Shown in pieces: positions 42,043 to 55,300 of a DNA stretch of 64,000 nt. A model generated the notes under the pieces. It was not told where the DNA came from, did not search any database, and saw only the letters and a program-made list of their open reading frames with translations. The translations under genes were made by a program, and so were the position numbers. The stretch is from assembly GCF_964204645.1 (NCBI RefSeq), contig NC_134034.1, positions 2,170,072 through 2,234,071 on the forward strand. Direction: 5' to 3'. The number at the start of each line of letters is the position of its first letter. Position 1 is the first letter of the stretch. The stretch is from Tubulanus polymorphus (Eukaryota > Animalia > Nemertea).

Positions 42043-42971
42043 TATAACACACGATGAGAATTGTAGAACACTCGATTGCCACAGTAGCGTTGTCGGCTGT
42101 CTCCATTGAAATCGCACACAGCATTGTCCCATATTTTAGATTTCAGTTTCAATCTGCAAATTCAGTAGTTATCTTCATACGCTGAGCACAATAATAGGAA
42201 CGTCGCCACGAAAGTTGCTTTCAGTTTAAATCAGAAAAAAAAAATATCTGTGGTTTAAACCAGTCGATTGGCTGCACTCAGCGTAGTATTCAGTTTTCCT
42301 TATCGTTTGCTAATGCGGATTTGAAATAAGATAATCTGACTGATATCATTTAACAACTCAAGACGTGAATTCGATATTTCAGCGTGTTTGAACTATACCA
42401 TAGGAGACATGTTTACTGTGATATTTCGACGAGTAGAATATGATATTTCAACCTGCTGAAATCAGATATAAAAAAGCGTTAAATATCATCTATACGTTGA
42501 GATGGGTATCAAAATGCGAAGTTCTCGTGTTGACGGTGCGTTTATTTTGACACCGAATTGGGTGTCAGCTTTATTAGTGGATAGCTATTTTTTCAGCGTA
42601 TCTATACCAAGGCCCATTTTATTTATCTCTAATAATTGCTATATTCGACGAGACCTCCCCTATATTGACGGCAGATAGGCTCATGGTGCTCCGTTGTATA
42701 AATTGCTTATCAATAAGTTAACCCGTCACCGTGGTACATACTTGAAATATATAAATGCGCTGACACTGTTGTTGCTTTGTCGATCTTCTGCATGAAAGAA
42801 AAGCTTGTGCATCTAGTTAGAATTAAAAGAAATCCTATAATTTCAGAAAATCTCGTAACACTATATTTACCCAGTTTTCCGAGCTTTCGACTTTGACTGT
42901 GCTTGTATGTAGCGTGCCTATTTGACTTGAGTTGCGATGATCTGAAGTATAAACTTTGTTGAAGGTCACAT

Positions 42972-43910
42972 TCATGCTGGTTTGGTTCGAAAAAGTACAT
43001 TCTGTATTTCATTCCTGATTTCCTTTCCCGTTATCAGGTATAAGTAGAAATTGAACGAGTAGTTCATCATCAAAACGTCGGTAAGGGCGGAATAGATATT
43101 CTTTAATTCGGGATTGTTCCAGAGAATTGGGCTGAGTATAGAGAAGGGAAATGTGGTCACCATGAAGAAGATGCAGAGTACTAAAACCAATAAGGTCACC
43201 TGGTTCGAATATTTCGATGCTCGATTTATTTCTTCTAACTTATTCGTTTTTCTTCTTCGCATTAGAGCGATTGATGTTATTGCTGATATGATTGCTAGTA
43301 AACAAAAAGGACCCCCTGAAATCAACAGCAAAGCCCTGATTTGAATCTTTTCGTCGCTGGTACAACCAACGTTACTGATGTTGATGGTTACGAATGAATA
43401 ACTGTAAATCAGTGCAGTGACGCATAGTACGGATAAACATAACCTAGAAGCGGTAGAGGGTGTCCAGAAACGAGGGCCTTTAAAGGGAAAACAAACGACG
43501 CACATTCGCTCGGTGGCTACTAGGACCAGCGTCCACGGACTGCTCGTAATACAAACCATAATGAAATACTCGAAAAACATGCATTGGACACGCGTCGACG
43601 GTTTCACCAGTAATCTACCGTAAAAGGAATGGGATATGACGTTGATGTATTTACTGAAATAAGCGCCGAGAGCAATAGTATCGCAGACGGCTAGTTGAAC
43701 GAACGCACGACTGTAAGAACGTCGCCATAGTTTACGAAGCTGCATGACTATCACGATCAGAAGATTACCGGTGAATCCGAGGATGTAACACAGACTCGCA
43801 AACACGAGATAAATCCACAGGTAATATCCATTCAGGCCTATCGCGGTTGCACCAGTTACGATGGCTGCGTATACGTTAGTGGGATTAGTTCGGTTCTGAG
43901 TGTAAGACAT
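42972..43910 (-). CDS. Intronless rhodopsin-class GPCR (peptide-receptor/chemoreceptor-like), 312 aa
   Basis: Seven hydrophobic segments; GFTGNLL (TM1), LAVCD (TM2), ATERMCVVCFP (TM3), TTFP (TM6), NYSFNFYLY (TM7). Confidence 0.9.
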   Translation of the reverse strand: MSYTQNRTNPTNVYAAIVTGATAIGLNGYYLWIYLVFASLCYILGFTGNLLIVIVMQLRKLWRRSYSRAFVQLAVCDTIALGAYFSKYINVISHSFYGRLLVKPSTRVQCMFFEYFIMVCITSSPWTLVLVATERMCVVCFPFKGPRFWTPSTASRLCLSVLCVTALIYSYSFVTINISNVGCTSDEKIQIRALLLISGGPFCLLAIISAITSIALMRRRKTNKLEEINRASKYSNQVTLLVLVLCIFFMVTTFPFSILSPILWNNPELKNIYSALTDVLMMNYSFNFYLYLITGKEIRNEIQNVLFRTKPA

Positions 43911-44260
43911 TTACGTGTGTGCGCGATGAACGAATCAGAAATCGCTGCGCTGTATTCATCATCTCTCGTAGGAAAAAGAACACCTCCAGCTTGAGTTACC
44001 TTATGCGGTAACAATCATACACGAGATAGAATAAGTATATAATCTGATATACGTTCGTTGGTAGGCCTACGCGTAATTTCTTGCTTCGGCCTACGACAAA
44101 AGGGTCACTGAGTTAAACCACACATGGTAACAAACCTCCGATGCCAGCTTTATAGAATGGAATTACCCTTAAACTATGGACTTATGGACCAGGTGTTACC
44201 TCAATCGAAAATGAATTGAGTTAGTCCCCGAGTGAATTTAATACCCATCTTTGGCTCCAG

Positions 44261-44398
44261 GGGCCAGTTGCATAGTCATGGCTTAGACTTAAGACCAGTC
44301 TAAGACCAACTTCCTTTTATAGCCAATCTAACAACTTAAGACCAGTCTTAAGATTTAAGACCAATTATGGACTTAAGTCACAACTGTGCAACTGGCCC
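44261..44398. mobile_element. Harbinger-like MITE family B
   Basis: TIR GGGCCAGTTGCA...TGCAACTGGCCC, CAG TSD both sides. Confidence 0.75.
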
Positions 44399-44861
44399 CA
44401 GGGACTTACCCAATTGATGGTGAATTGAGTAAAGGCTTAGGAGCCGATTCCATAGTCGAGACTTAGGCCAAAAGTTAGACCAGAGTTTCTCCGTTGAAAA
44501 ATCCGCCATTTTTAAACGTCGAGGCAAAGTAAAAATCTATATTATACTGATTGACGTAACAACATGATCCCGAGTCATCTGAAACATACCGAGTAAACAC
44601 TAGCGCCACTTAAGTGGTTCCTCACTTGCCACAAGTGGAATCCTCGATCGTAACGTTGTCAGAGATCCTAGTCAAAATAGTAGAAGAAGTTGAAGACAGT
44701 GCAGACGACCGGCTAACTACTAGCGACACCTGGCGATCATCACTCGCTTGCACGAAGTGGAATTCTCGCTCATCGAGTAAGTAGTCCGGGTGCAATTCAC
44801 TCGAGTCGGAAAACTATGTCTGAGCGTTACGCACGACCGCCTAAAAAAACTTCCATACACA

Positions 44862-45060
44862 CGGTGATCTTTGAATTGAACGCCGACCCGACACATCTGG
44901 ACGAGGCGTCACACGCGTCGGGCACATATCATACACCACTCAACTTTACTCTAACTATACTCTAACTATAACTCACGCCTTTCACATCCTCCCCCGGCAG
45001 GGATTCGAACCTGATGGCATTGAGATTGCCACGGTACGAACCCCTGCCACACTAGAGTGC
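44862..45060 (-). mobile_element. tRNA-derived SINE
   Basis: B-box GGTTCGAATCCC and A-box-like TGTGGCAGGGG on minus strand; its 3' 69 bp recur identically at 48520-48588. Confidence 0.62.
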
Positions 45061-45105
45061 GCAGCTACACGCGCAGCTTAGATGATGTCATTATTAGCCA
45101 ATCAG

Positions 45106-45213
45106 GGTCCAGTTCCACAGTTCTGAGTTAAGATTTGACCCTGGGTTAAAACATTGAAAATGAACTAACTTTAACTCAGAGTTAACTCTAACTCACAACT
45201 GTTGAACTGGGTC
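45106..45213. mobile_element. Harbinger-like MITE family A copy
   Basis: Matches 29061-29168; CAG TSD. Confidence 0.72.
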
Positions 45214-45914
45214 CAGATATCCCGTTTTAATTCAGCCCGGGTTTTCCCATTCATATTTCTTACGTGGAATTTACCTCAGCGATTATACAACAAGCAATCT
45301 GATTGGGTGCCACGAGTTTTCGAGCGGTAAATCTGCGCATGTACCTGCGCACCCGGTCGTGGCTGATGCAATCAGGTTCGAATCCATGCGGAACGAGGAC
45401 GGCCTTTCAATGAAATTTCGAACGCACAACTTATTCTCCACTTATAGATTTTTTCAACATATTTCCCGGGCCGCTTTGTTTGCGGTTCATTTCACTTTTC
45501 TCGGGCGATAATTGTTTTCGCGCCTTGATCCAATAAAACGAGGAGTCACGCGACCTAACGGTTTGTTTTGCCAATTATACTCTGCGTGAAATCAAACAAA
45601 GCGACGATAATTTGTGTTTTTAATCGCTTCTGTTTCTGCCGATTGTGAAAATATCGGTAAAACAATTCTGACACGGAAATTATGGAGAAATATCTTCTTT
45701 AAATCACTATATTCGCTGGCGTTGCATGCCATGTTTTCTCTCCAATTTTAAACCTTCAAATTGAAAAATGAAAGCCATCGGTTATGAAACTACAGCGACA
45801 AGAAGTTTCCTGTCGAATTCTGCGCCACTTTTGGCGTTAAGTCTTTCTGTTTAATCTAGTTTCTTCTCTCGTTGATGCTGATACTAATAACCATTCATTC
45901 AAGCTTCGCTTAAA

Positions 45915-45979
45915 GGCTGTCTCTTTCTTCGGCTGTCTCTTTCTGCGGCTGTCTCTTTCTGCGGCTGTCTCTTTCTGCC
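45915..45979. repeat. 16-bp tandem repeat GGCTGTCTCTTTCTGC x4
   Basis: Direct reading. Confidence 0.85.
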
Positions 45980-46932
45980 TTGAGGTTAGGTAATAATGAT
46001 TTTTTTATCTTGCTGAAAGAATTGAATAGATTTTCCACGTTAGTGGAGAGGAGCGTTGCTAACGAGGGGGGGGGGGGTATCGAATATAAAGTAGAGGCGA
46101 CGTCACGCTTGAAGGACGTGGTTGTAATCTGCGAGGGGTGGAGAAATATACAGTCTGCGAGGGTCGGGATAGTGTTATGAAGTTTTTGGACAAACGACCG
46201 AACGGTGTATTTTATTCATAAACGATCAGCGACACCTTATTTGTGCGGAGTTGTGACGTCATTATGATCAGTTTAGTTAACATTATCAAATACAGCCTGA
46301 TATTAAACATCGCAGGTCAGTAAAATTCTGTCAAGTTTTTTTTCTTTCGCTGTGTTTGAAGTTTCATTTCATAATGGTCGAATTCGAATTAATACCACTT
46401 TCGAATTCGAACATTTCTACTATGCTTTTTTTGTCGGAACAATATACTCAGTAAACGATGACGTATTCAACACATACGAGGTTATAAAATGCTATCGTGT
46501 CATTAATGCGTTTATTTGTCAAATTAGGTCCGGGGTTTGACCCAACATTTTGGAGCCAACAACGGACCCATGACACCAGAATTTTTGACCATCGGGTCTT
46601 TATTTCTATAGCCTTAACCACCCGCTTTTAGGAAGCAATGAATTAGAGAATCTCATTATAGATTCAGAGTACTATTCAACTTTCCAGTTCTTTTTTTAAG
46701 TAACTTTCTAATGAACTCAAACATTTCTGTCAAATCTCTGCGATGAAATGATGGATCCAAGTTTGATTTTGACCATGTGCTAATTTAATCCCAGCCAATA
46801 ATAGTATATATCTAACCCTTGAGAGTAATCAAATCGTTTCCGAAATCTGTAGAGGCTGTGGGTTGAATGAAAAAAGAGCTTTCAAATTCGTGTAGAATCG
46901 TGAACTTAATCCTCGTTATTTTTTCTTCGAAG

Positions 46933-48339
46933 ATTCTGCGGCGCAAGTGAATGTCGCCCTGGGCCGAAATACGATGCAGTCTAGTAACCAAAAAACGAAC
47001 ATAAAGCTATCATCAGCGGCAGTGGATGGAAACCAAAATACAAACATGAACCGCGGGTCCTGTACACACACCAAAGCCTCGGAACCGAACGGAAAGCCGC
47101 TCTGGTGGAAAGTTCATCTAGATGCTCGATACTCAGTGACGAGCGTGATTCTGGTCAACAGAGATTATGACGGTAAACGATTAAAAACGCCGGTCAGAAC
47201 TATACTGCCCTTTGTCCATAGTCTCGAGGAACCGAGATCCGGACGACATTAAACAAAAACAAAGAAACAAACAAACTTTGAACCGTGAACCGGCGTTATA
47301 AACCAGCTCCAACTTCAACCTCGGAAGCTCTTTAAATTTCATCCCATGACACAGTTTTATAGATAGGTTTTACTTAGAGCTCTAGGCTGATTATTTGGAC
47401 TATGGTTAAAACGTTCACCTAGTAGTGCCTGGTTTTCTACGGGGATTACTTCAAATTTCAACCCAAACCTAAAGCCCAAAAACCTAAAACCAAAATGAAG
47501 AAAACATTTCGATCAAATCAAGCAAAAGCAATGTAAATCTTCTATTAACGATTTCGTACTTCATATTGCAGCGTATCGTCTGAAGAAATTCAAAATTCTA
47601 GTCACTACGGACGAGTCTCCGCCGGACATGAATCTATCTAACATACCACAGAATACAATTTGCGCCGAACAGGAAGCGAAAATGAAATCGTCGGAAGTGA
47701 AAGAGTTCTTCTGCCCCGGTCACATGACCGGAAATACTGTGATCGTCACGAAGCCGTCCGGTACAGGAGCTTTGAGCTTGTGCGAGGTGGAAGTTTACGG
47801 TAAAGATTTTTGTTTTGTTTTTAGAATCGTTAGAATTAAAAGAAAAATAGTTAATTTGCATTTCAATGACTCAACAGCCAGAATTACGTTTTCAGTTACT
47901 TTATATCTACAGAGGAAATGTATTTATTATCGAACTCTTCATCAGTCATAGTTAAAGCTCATTTTAATTTACTTGGACAACAATAATTTTCATTACTCGA
48001 ATTATGTTTTTTAAGGTCTCATTATCTCCCTTTTAACTATTTCCAGGCGTCAAATTGGAAACTAACTGTACAGGAAGTAATTACGTCGTCGAAAAGTTTG
48101 AACATCGTTCTAACTGGACCGATGAAGCGACGATTCTCGACACAATTGATGCTGGTAGATCTTGTCTCGAATGCGTCGGTGAATGTAGCCGGAATGCAGG
48201 CTGCATAGGGATCACGTGCCAGCGTATTTCCGGTCAGTTTAAGTGTAAACTGTACACGCCAGTCACAGGCAGCTCCGCGCAGCCGCAAACAGCGACAAAC
48301 AATCAAACTGGTATTTCCTACTTCAAGAAACAATGTTGA
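46933..48339 (+). CDS. F-type lectin (fucolectin) domain + PAN/apple-like domain protein; first exon not identified
   Basis: Exons 46933-47172, 47572-47799, 48047-48339 (phase 1). NVALGR..QSS, AVDGN, CTHT, WWKVHL, NRD, LSLCEVEVYG; then CLECVGECSRNAGCIGI..CKLY. Confidence 0.82.
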
Positions 48340-48519
48340 ATTCATGGCATCCGGACTAAACCTCCATTGCTACTGTTCTCGCTAATGCGTTGACCTTCAC
48401 CTTATAGTCCCGTGCCACGCGTCTTACCGTTATTACAGTAGAGTTTGTCGAAGAAATACGCCGACTGCTCTGACCTCAAACTCGGGCATTTGTAATATTT
48501 CAACCAGCATTCGTGTGGC

Positions 48520-48588
48520 CGGTGATCTTTGAATTGAACGCCGACCCGACACATCTGGACGAGGCGTCACACGCGTCGGGCACATATC
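48520..48588 (-). repeat. Isolated copy of the SINE 3' stem-loop
   Basis: Identical to 44862-44930. Confidence 0.8.
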
Positions 48589-49398
48589 GATAAGTTATCT
48601 GTTTTCACCAGACCGCTATCATGTCTGCTACAGTCTCCGTCTTTTTTACCGTACAGCCCCGAGGGCTTCAAGCCAATCGCTGAAATTCCACACAGTCAAG
48701 AGGTGAAATAATTCCACCCTATCTAGCGATGGAGTACCCGCAGCGCTACTGTGGCAATAGAGGATTCCACTTATGGTTGGTCGAGATCCTCCAGGTGTCG
48801 CTAGTAGATGGTTGGCAATCGATTTCTTTTACATTTCGATTAAATATTTCGACTAAATAAATCAATTATTCGTGAAAACTACACAGATATCTCTGTACAA
48901 AAATGAATTTTGTCCCATTTTTGGCATAGCTCTTGCAAAAGTAGTTCTAGTTACTCAACAGTTCAGAGATCCATGGCAAGCTCGTACTAGCCAGTGGCCG
49001 TGCACAATGGCCGTTTCAGTGGTCGTGACCGCCCCCTGCTCAGCTACCAAATATTTTTTAATCGTTTTCTTGAAGGAATGTACTTTAAGACCATCCACTT
49101 CCCCGGGCGCCGGCGACCTGACATCGGTGTTTGGCCAAACAATAGCCGTATGCCCCTATCAGAGATTTTAGTCGGCGGTATAACATTAACATTTTGTATG
49201 AACCCCCTCCTGGACAAAAATCCTAGATCCTCGCCTGGCGTCACGATTTGATGTACAATAATCGCGGTCTACGGTAAGTTCCAAATAAAGTACTTAGTTT
49301 AATTGAATTTGAGATGAGCAGCGCATTGCGCAATACATCGGCTCCACGGTGACCTTGCAGTTTATCGCTAAGCTATTCGGTAGTAAAATGTAATCAAA

Positions 49399-52300
49399 AT
49401 GGCGTCGGTTGTCGGATCGGGCTCGACAGCTGCCGGCCAAAAAACGGGCCAGGACGGCCCGTCAAACGGTGAGCAATTTTTAGATTAACGGAATTTGAAG
49501 TATTCGTTTCAGGTTTAGGATTTATCCGATGACAAGGTTTCAGAGGCCTCGGGGATTATCGTTAATCCGTATCAATCCGACAAAAACAGTCTTACTCTAG
49601 TCTAGTTGACGGTTGACTTTTTTGTTAGACGTGCATCTAACATGTCGACTGACATTGACAGTTCATTCTTACGACAAAGTAGTGATTCATTCCCCGCAGA
49701 AAGTAGAATTAAAAAAGGCCCATTGAGAAAAGCTTCAATTTCTAACTCTTGGCCATCAAGTTAGGGCCTACTGAGTACCGTCCACTCCGCTTGGTGGCGC
49801 CACTACACGAATTTCGACGCTTACCCTTTCGTAGGCCTACCCCTGCCTAACAATTTCCAATTCCCCGCAACGAGATTATTTTTCAGGGAGGTCTAGGGAA
49901 TATGAAACCCGTAATTTCGATCAAATAAATTAGGCAGTGGATATTTTGCCAATGCGGCATTATTCCTGTTTATCCCAGAATGCTGTTTATAACCAATAAC
50001 TCAGGTTCTGATTGGCTAATTTATACCGCTCACATCAATGTGTAGTGTAAATTAGCCAATCAGAATGAGTCATCGCAAAATTCGTGTTAACTGATTTGGA
50101 GAACAGAATTAGAGAAAATAGAGCAGAATTTGAACCTGAACCTGGACCAGTATTAAAGCACACAAATAGCCCCCCTCTGATCTGGTGACGCCCATGATTT
50201 TGTTATTTTATTGGTAGATTTTGGCAAAATAGGTTTACTTGAATAATGCCTCTTCAGCAATATATCCTCTTTCTATGAATTAGGAGACGCCCCAACTACT
50301 GTCGTTTAGTCTTGGCAGTGGTGTTACAGTCGCGTTTAATGTTTTTTTTTCCATTTTCAAAACAGCAGCAGCCGGCGATAAAAGATTGACGGAATTAATG
50401 GAACGTTTACGTTTGAAAGCCGACCAAATGAAGTCATGGACCGATACGACGAAAGCGCTTCGAATGGCGATGTCGGTAGGCGCACCCAAATAGGCCCCCT
50501 AACGCTTGCTATTTTTGTAACCAGGGTCCAGTTCCACAGTTCCGAGTTAAGATTTGACTCTGAGTTAAAACATTGAAAATGAACTAACTTTTAACTCAGA
50601 GTTAACTCTAACTCACAACTGTGGAACTGGGTCCAGGAGGACTCTAGGGGCTTTTACCTTTACAAATTCTGAAATGTGAAATATAGTGAAAAAAAGTACG
50701 CCTGTCTGAGAAATTGTGAAAAATCTGGTAGATTTATGAAAAGTGTATTTGTTTTCATATTTTTGATCCCTTTGCCATACACAGTGGAGCTGAAAATTGT
50801 TCGATTTCTTTTAAGTTGAAAATTGCGCCTTCCTCTAGGCCTATCAGTCACGATAGGGCAATAGGATCATTAATGAAGAAAGCTCTCAGTCTCTGTGAAA
50901 TGGCCCTAGTTGAAATTTACATCGAGGCCTAGCTGGCAAATTTGAATTTTATATATCGGATTTCTTCTTCTTCAGGATAAAAGGCATCACACGGAATGCG
51001 TCGACAAGGCTCAGTTACAAAAACATTTAGACCAGTTACAGAAAGCTGTTAAAGGTACGTTTTGTCACTCCTTTCCGTATCGCGAGAATTTGCAAGCTAC
51101 AAAATCAATACACTTAAGCGAAAGAAAAAGAATAGCTATCGGGACTTCTAAGAATGAAATTTGACTACGAAATTAAAGAAAACTAAGAAAAAATCTAGAC
51201 TTTAATCTCACGACAGCACCGTCATAGAAAAAAGGAACGCTAAGAGGGCACCTTAACCCTTTCAGTGCATCTACACCGCAGTGTGGTGTACAAATCAGTG
51301 ATGGATTTTGCTAGTACACCGCACTGCAATGTATTGATTTAATTAGTAATTACTAATTATCTCTCTTGAAAGATGGCAGCAACTGTCAAAGATAGTGAAA
51401 TATTAGTAACTAACGATACACTGCACCGCGGTGTAGACGCACTATAGTGCTATTCCTGTTGTTCAACACACTAGGGTGGAATTTTTCAGAATTTTCAAAT
51501 TATCTTCAGCACTACAGGATATTAATTAGCCAGCACTGAAAGGGTTAAGTGCCTACCTCACGAGTACGCTTAGTTTCAAAGCAAGAGGCTGTCTAGTCAT
51601 AGGCCTATTACAGGCCTTCAATTGACGGTAAATTATGATATGATACGATAATGTAATATTTGGAACCATCCCTTTGTTTAGTGGATGGCTCCGCGAATAT
51701 CAAATCGCTGTTTATACGACGTGTGTTTCGATCGTTTTGTTTCGTTTTTTTTTAGTCGTGAATCAACAGACGTTCGTGGAGAAGTTGAATTCGGTGGCGC
51801 GAAGCGTCGGGTTGAAGTTCACGATGGCCGGTGCCGACTGTTTCATCAGTTCCGACATGTTCTACGTCGAAATCAAAATCGACGCCAACGGAAAAATACA
51901 AGATCTGAACGTCGCGCATCACGGCGATCATCCAGTCGTAAGTTTCAATCGGACTTCTACGTCATCGATAAAGTTCATCTCTAACATTAGTTATATCATA
52001 ATATATGGGTTCATTAGGGATTGTTCGTGCATTGACGGTGAAATTCATTTTCGTTGAAATGTTACATTATTGGACGATATTAAATGTTCGATTTCATTGA
52101 TTTTCTGATCAATGGAATACAAATGATAAATAGTCACGACTACCGATAATGAATCGTGATGGTCCTTATCTCCATTTTACCCGTCCTAAAGACTTAACCT
52201 TTTCAGTGCGTCTACATCGCAGTGCGGTGTACAAATCGGCGATGGATTTTGCTAGTACACCGCACTGGGGTGTATTGTAATTAGTAATTAGTTTCTATCT

Positions 52301-55300
52301 CTACTGAAAGATGGCAGCACCTCTCAAATGTAGAGAAATATGAGTAACTAACGATACACCGCACCGCAGTGTAGATGCACTATAGTGGTATTCCCGTTAT
52401 TCAACACACTAGGGTGGAATTTTTCAAAATTTTCAAATTATCTTCAGCACTATAGGGTATTAACTAGTCAGCACTGAAAGGGTTAAGGGTAATAAAGAGT
52501 TACTCGGTACTAAGGCGGGGTAAAGCAGATTTCACTTGTCTCGTAAACGAAAATTTAACGCGTATTCGTTTGTTTGTTTTTTAGCCGTGTGCGGAAATGA
52601 TGCAGTTATTGAAAGATGTGAAATTCGACGAATTCACCGAACATCTGACCGGACTGAACGGAATCTATAAAATCGGCGGCGACAAGTGAGTTGTTCGTTC
52701 TTCGTTTGAACGTCAAACGAAAATGCCGGTGCCGCTAGCGACATCTGGTGGAATACTGGCTTGCCGGAGTGGCCCATTGTTATTGTTAAATCAGTAGCAA
52801 TGGGGTACCGGTCAACGACTAAAACTTTTTTCGAGCTTAATCTTCTTCATAAAACTGTACTTATAAGTTCTTCATATTCACAGGAAACAGAAAACTGCAT
52901 TTATGGCCTTGCAATCGCTTGAAACGGATTTGAACATGCTGTCTCAACTTCAGAGGTAAATCAACCTATAACTGACCGGGGAGGGAAGTGGAGGTGTATT
53001 GTTAAAGAGATGAAAATCAGGTCAAATTCGGGGAAATGTGTTACATGGTTCCCGCAGAACAGGGAAATTGGGAAAAACTTGGGAATTTTGAAATAATAAT
53101 TCTCGGTTTCGAAAATTTTTGGGAATTTGAAAAATTTTCCTTGAATCAGGAAATTATTTGGGAATTTCATTTACATTTCACGTATAACATTTGCCAAGGG
53201 TAACTTTCTTCAGCGATTTCCCTTAAAAATCACCTTTATCAACCAGTCGCCACTGAAATCTCGACTGTAGCATGATGGTATCTGTTCATTTCCAGTTGGG
53301 AAAATTGAAAAATCGCCCATGAAATACTTGGGAATCTTTAATTCATATAACTGTGGGAACCATGGTGTTTAGATTGGTAGATCACTCGTGTAATCAAACC
53401 GTTTCCACGAATGTCTTATGTATTTTTGCTGCGTTAATTGATTGAATGCCTGTTATTCAAAGCGATGGGGTGGAATTTTAAAGACATTTTCAAATTATCT
53501 CCAGCTCATTCGGGTGTTAATTAGTCGGCGCTGAACGGGTGCGTAACTGATGTAACTGAATGTTTCTCTTTTCGCTTTTTTTTCAGTTCGATTTGCGGCG
53601 TGTCGAATTATATTCACAAATCGCCGCTGGGAATCGTGCAGCCTCGCGTCGGCGGTCTGCCGATGAAACTCATCTATTTCGTCGCTCCGTACGACCTTCT
53701 GAACCCGGTCACGAAATCGGCGTACTCGCTAACCGTCGAAGGTAACGCTTCGAAATTTCTGCTTCAACCTTCGCAATGACCAAACTAATGTCTGGTGTGT
53801 GTTGTTCATTATCAATCAATGATATCTCAGGTGAACACATGTGAAGTGTGGACGATCAGTTTTTGAAATTGTGCTGCTAAAATGTCTAATATCTGGTGTT
53901 TGTAGTTCATTTTCAATTAGAAATGTCTCAGGTGAAGCACTGAACACATGTGAAGTGTGGACGATCAGTTTTTGAAAGTGTGCTGATAAAATGTCTAATG
54001 TCTGGTGTTTGTAGTTCATTTTCAAATGAAAATATATCACGTGAAGTAATGAACACATGTGAAGTGTGGACGATCAGTTTTTGAAATTGTGCTGCTAAAA
54101 TGTCTAATATCTGGTGTTTGTAGTTCATTTTCAATTAGAAATGTCTCAGGTGAAGCACTGAACACATGTGAAGTGTGGACGATCAGTTTTTTAAAGTGTG
54201 CTGCTAAAATGTCTAATATCTGGTGTTTGTAGTTCATTTTCAATTAGAAATGTCTCAGGTGAAGCACTGAACACGTGTGTGAAGTGTGGATGATCAGTTT
54301 TTGAAATTGTGCTGCTAAAATGTCTAATGTCTGGTGTTTGTAGTTCATTTTCAATCAATAATACCTCAGGTGAAGCACTGAACACATGTGAAGTGTGTAT
54401 GACATCTTTTACATTATTGCATATCTTTCAACAATGCATGGGGGATGGAGCAGCCGATTAATAAGTATTGATGCTTGGTTCAGATAAATACGTTCATTAT
54501 TCACTTTTTTGTAGCGATAACTGATAATAATTTGGGTCACAGTGCGACGGTTGAACTGGAATCAGCGACGCCGAATCGGTTGCAAACAAAACCACTGATG
54601 ACTGTCAGCAAGGGTCATGACGGCAAAAGGTAAGCAGTTATGGTCTATATTTATGAAATTTTAAACTGGTCTGCGATGCTGTCCTCGGGTTTAAAGTTAG
54701 ATAGGTCGTTAGTTGAAGAAGTCAGAAGTTGGTGGCATCTACATTTTTCCACCATGTTTTAAGGGTGAAACTAAGAGCGTTTGAAAGTCGTCACTGTTCG
54801 GTCACAGTTTGTATCGATGCGAATATTCTTCAGACCGAGTTTTTAGTAGATGATTAAAATCAGTTGCAATCAATCATAGCAAAAATACATAAAGATTTAT
54901 TTTTTTATCATAGCCGTAAAAAGCAAGAACATATCAGGGAATTCGACAAATCTTCGCAAAACCCTGGAAAACTCACGGAATTTGGATAATGCTATCGATC
55001 ACGTCTTAATTTATCAGTTCATGATTCAAAACGAATGAATTTAGAATTTTAAACCTCTGAAATTTCTCTGGAAATTTTTGAATAATCGCATAGAACAATC
55101 AGGCTAAACTCGGGTGATTGGTGAACGAGTAGATGGTGGCCACCCTGCTGTAGTGTCCACTAAGGGGTCATTCATTTATTACGTACGCATTATGGGAGGG
55201 GGAGGGGTCAGTGCAATTGCGTACTGTAATGCTTAATGTATGTGGTAAAATGGCCGATTTTGCGTACAGAGGGGGGGGCGGGTTTGAAAAATTCAAATTT

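Noticed and set aside
44862-44930. HDV-like or hammerhead ribozyme in the 69-bp repeat
   Set aside because: No complete catalytic core or nested pseudoknot could be built; a simple stem-loop explains it
53816-54385. Four similar 64-80 aa ORFs
   Set aside because: Translations of the 109-bp tandem repeat
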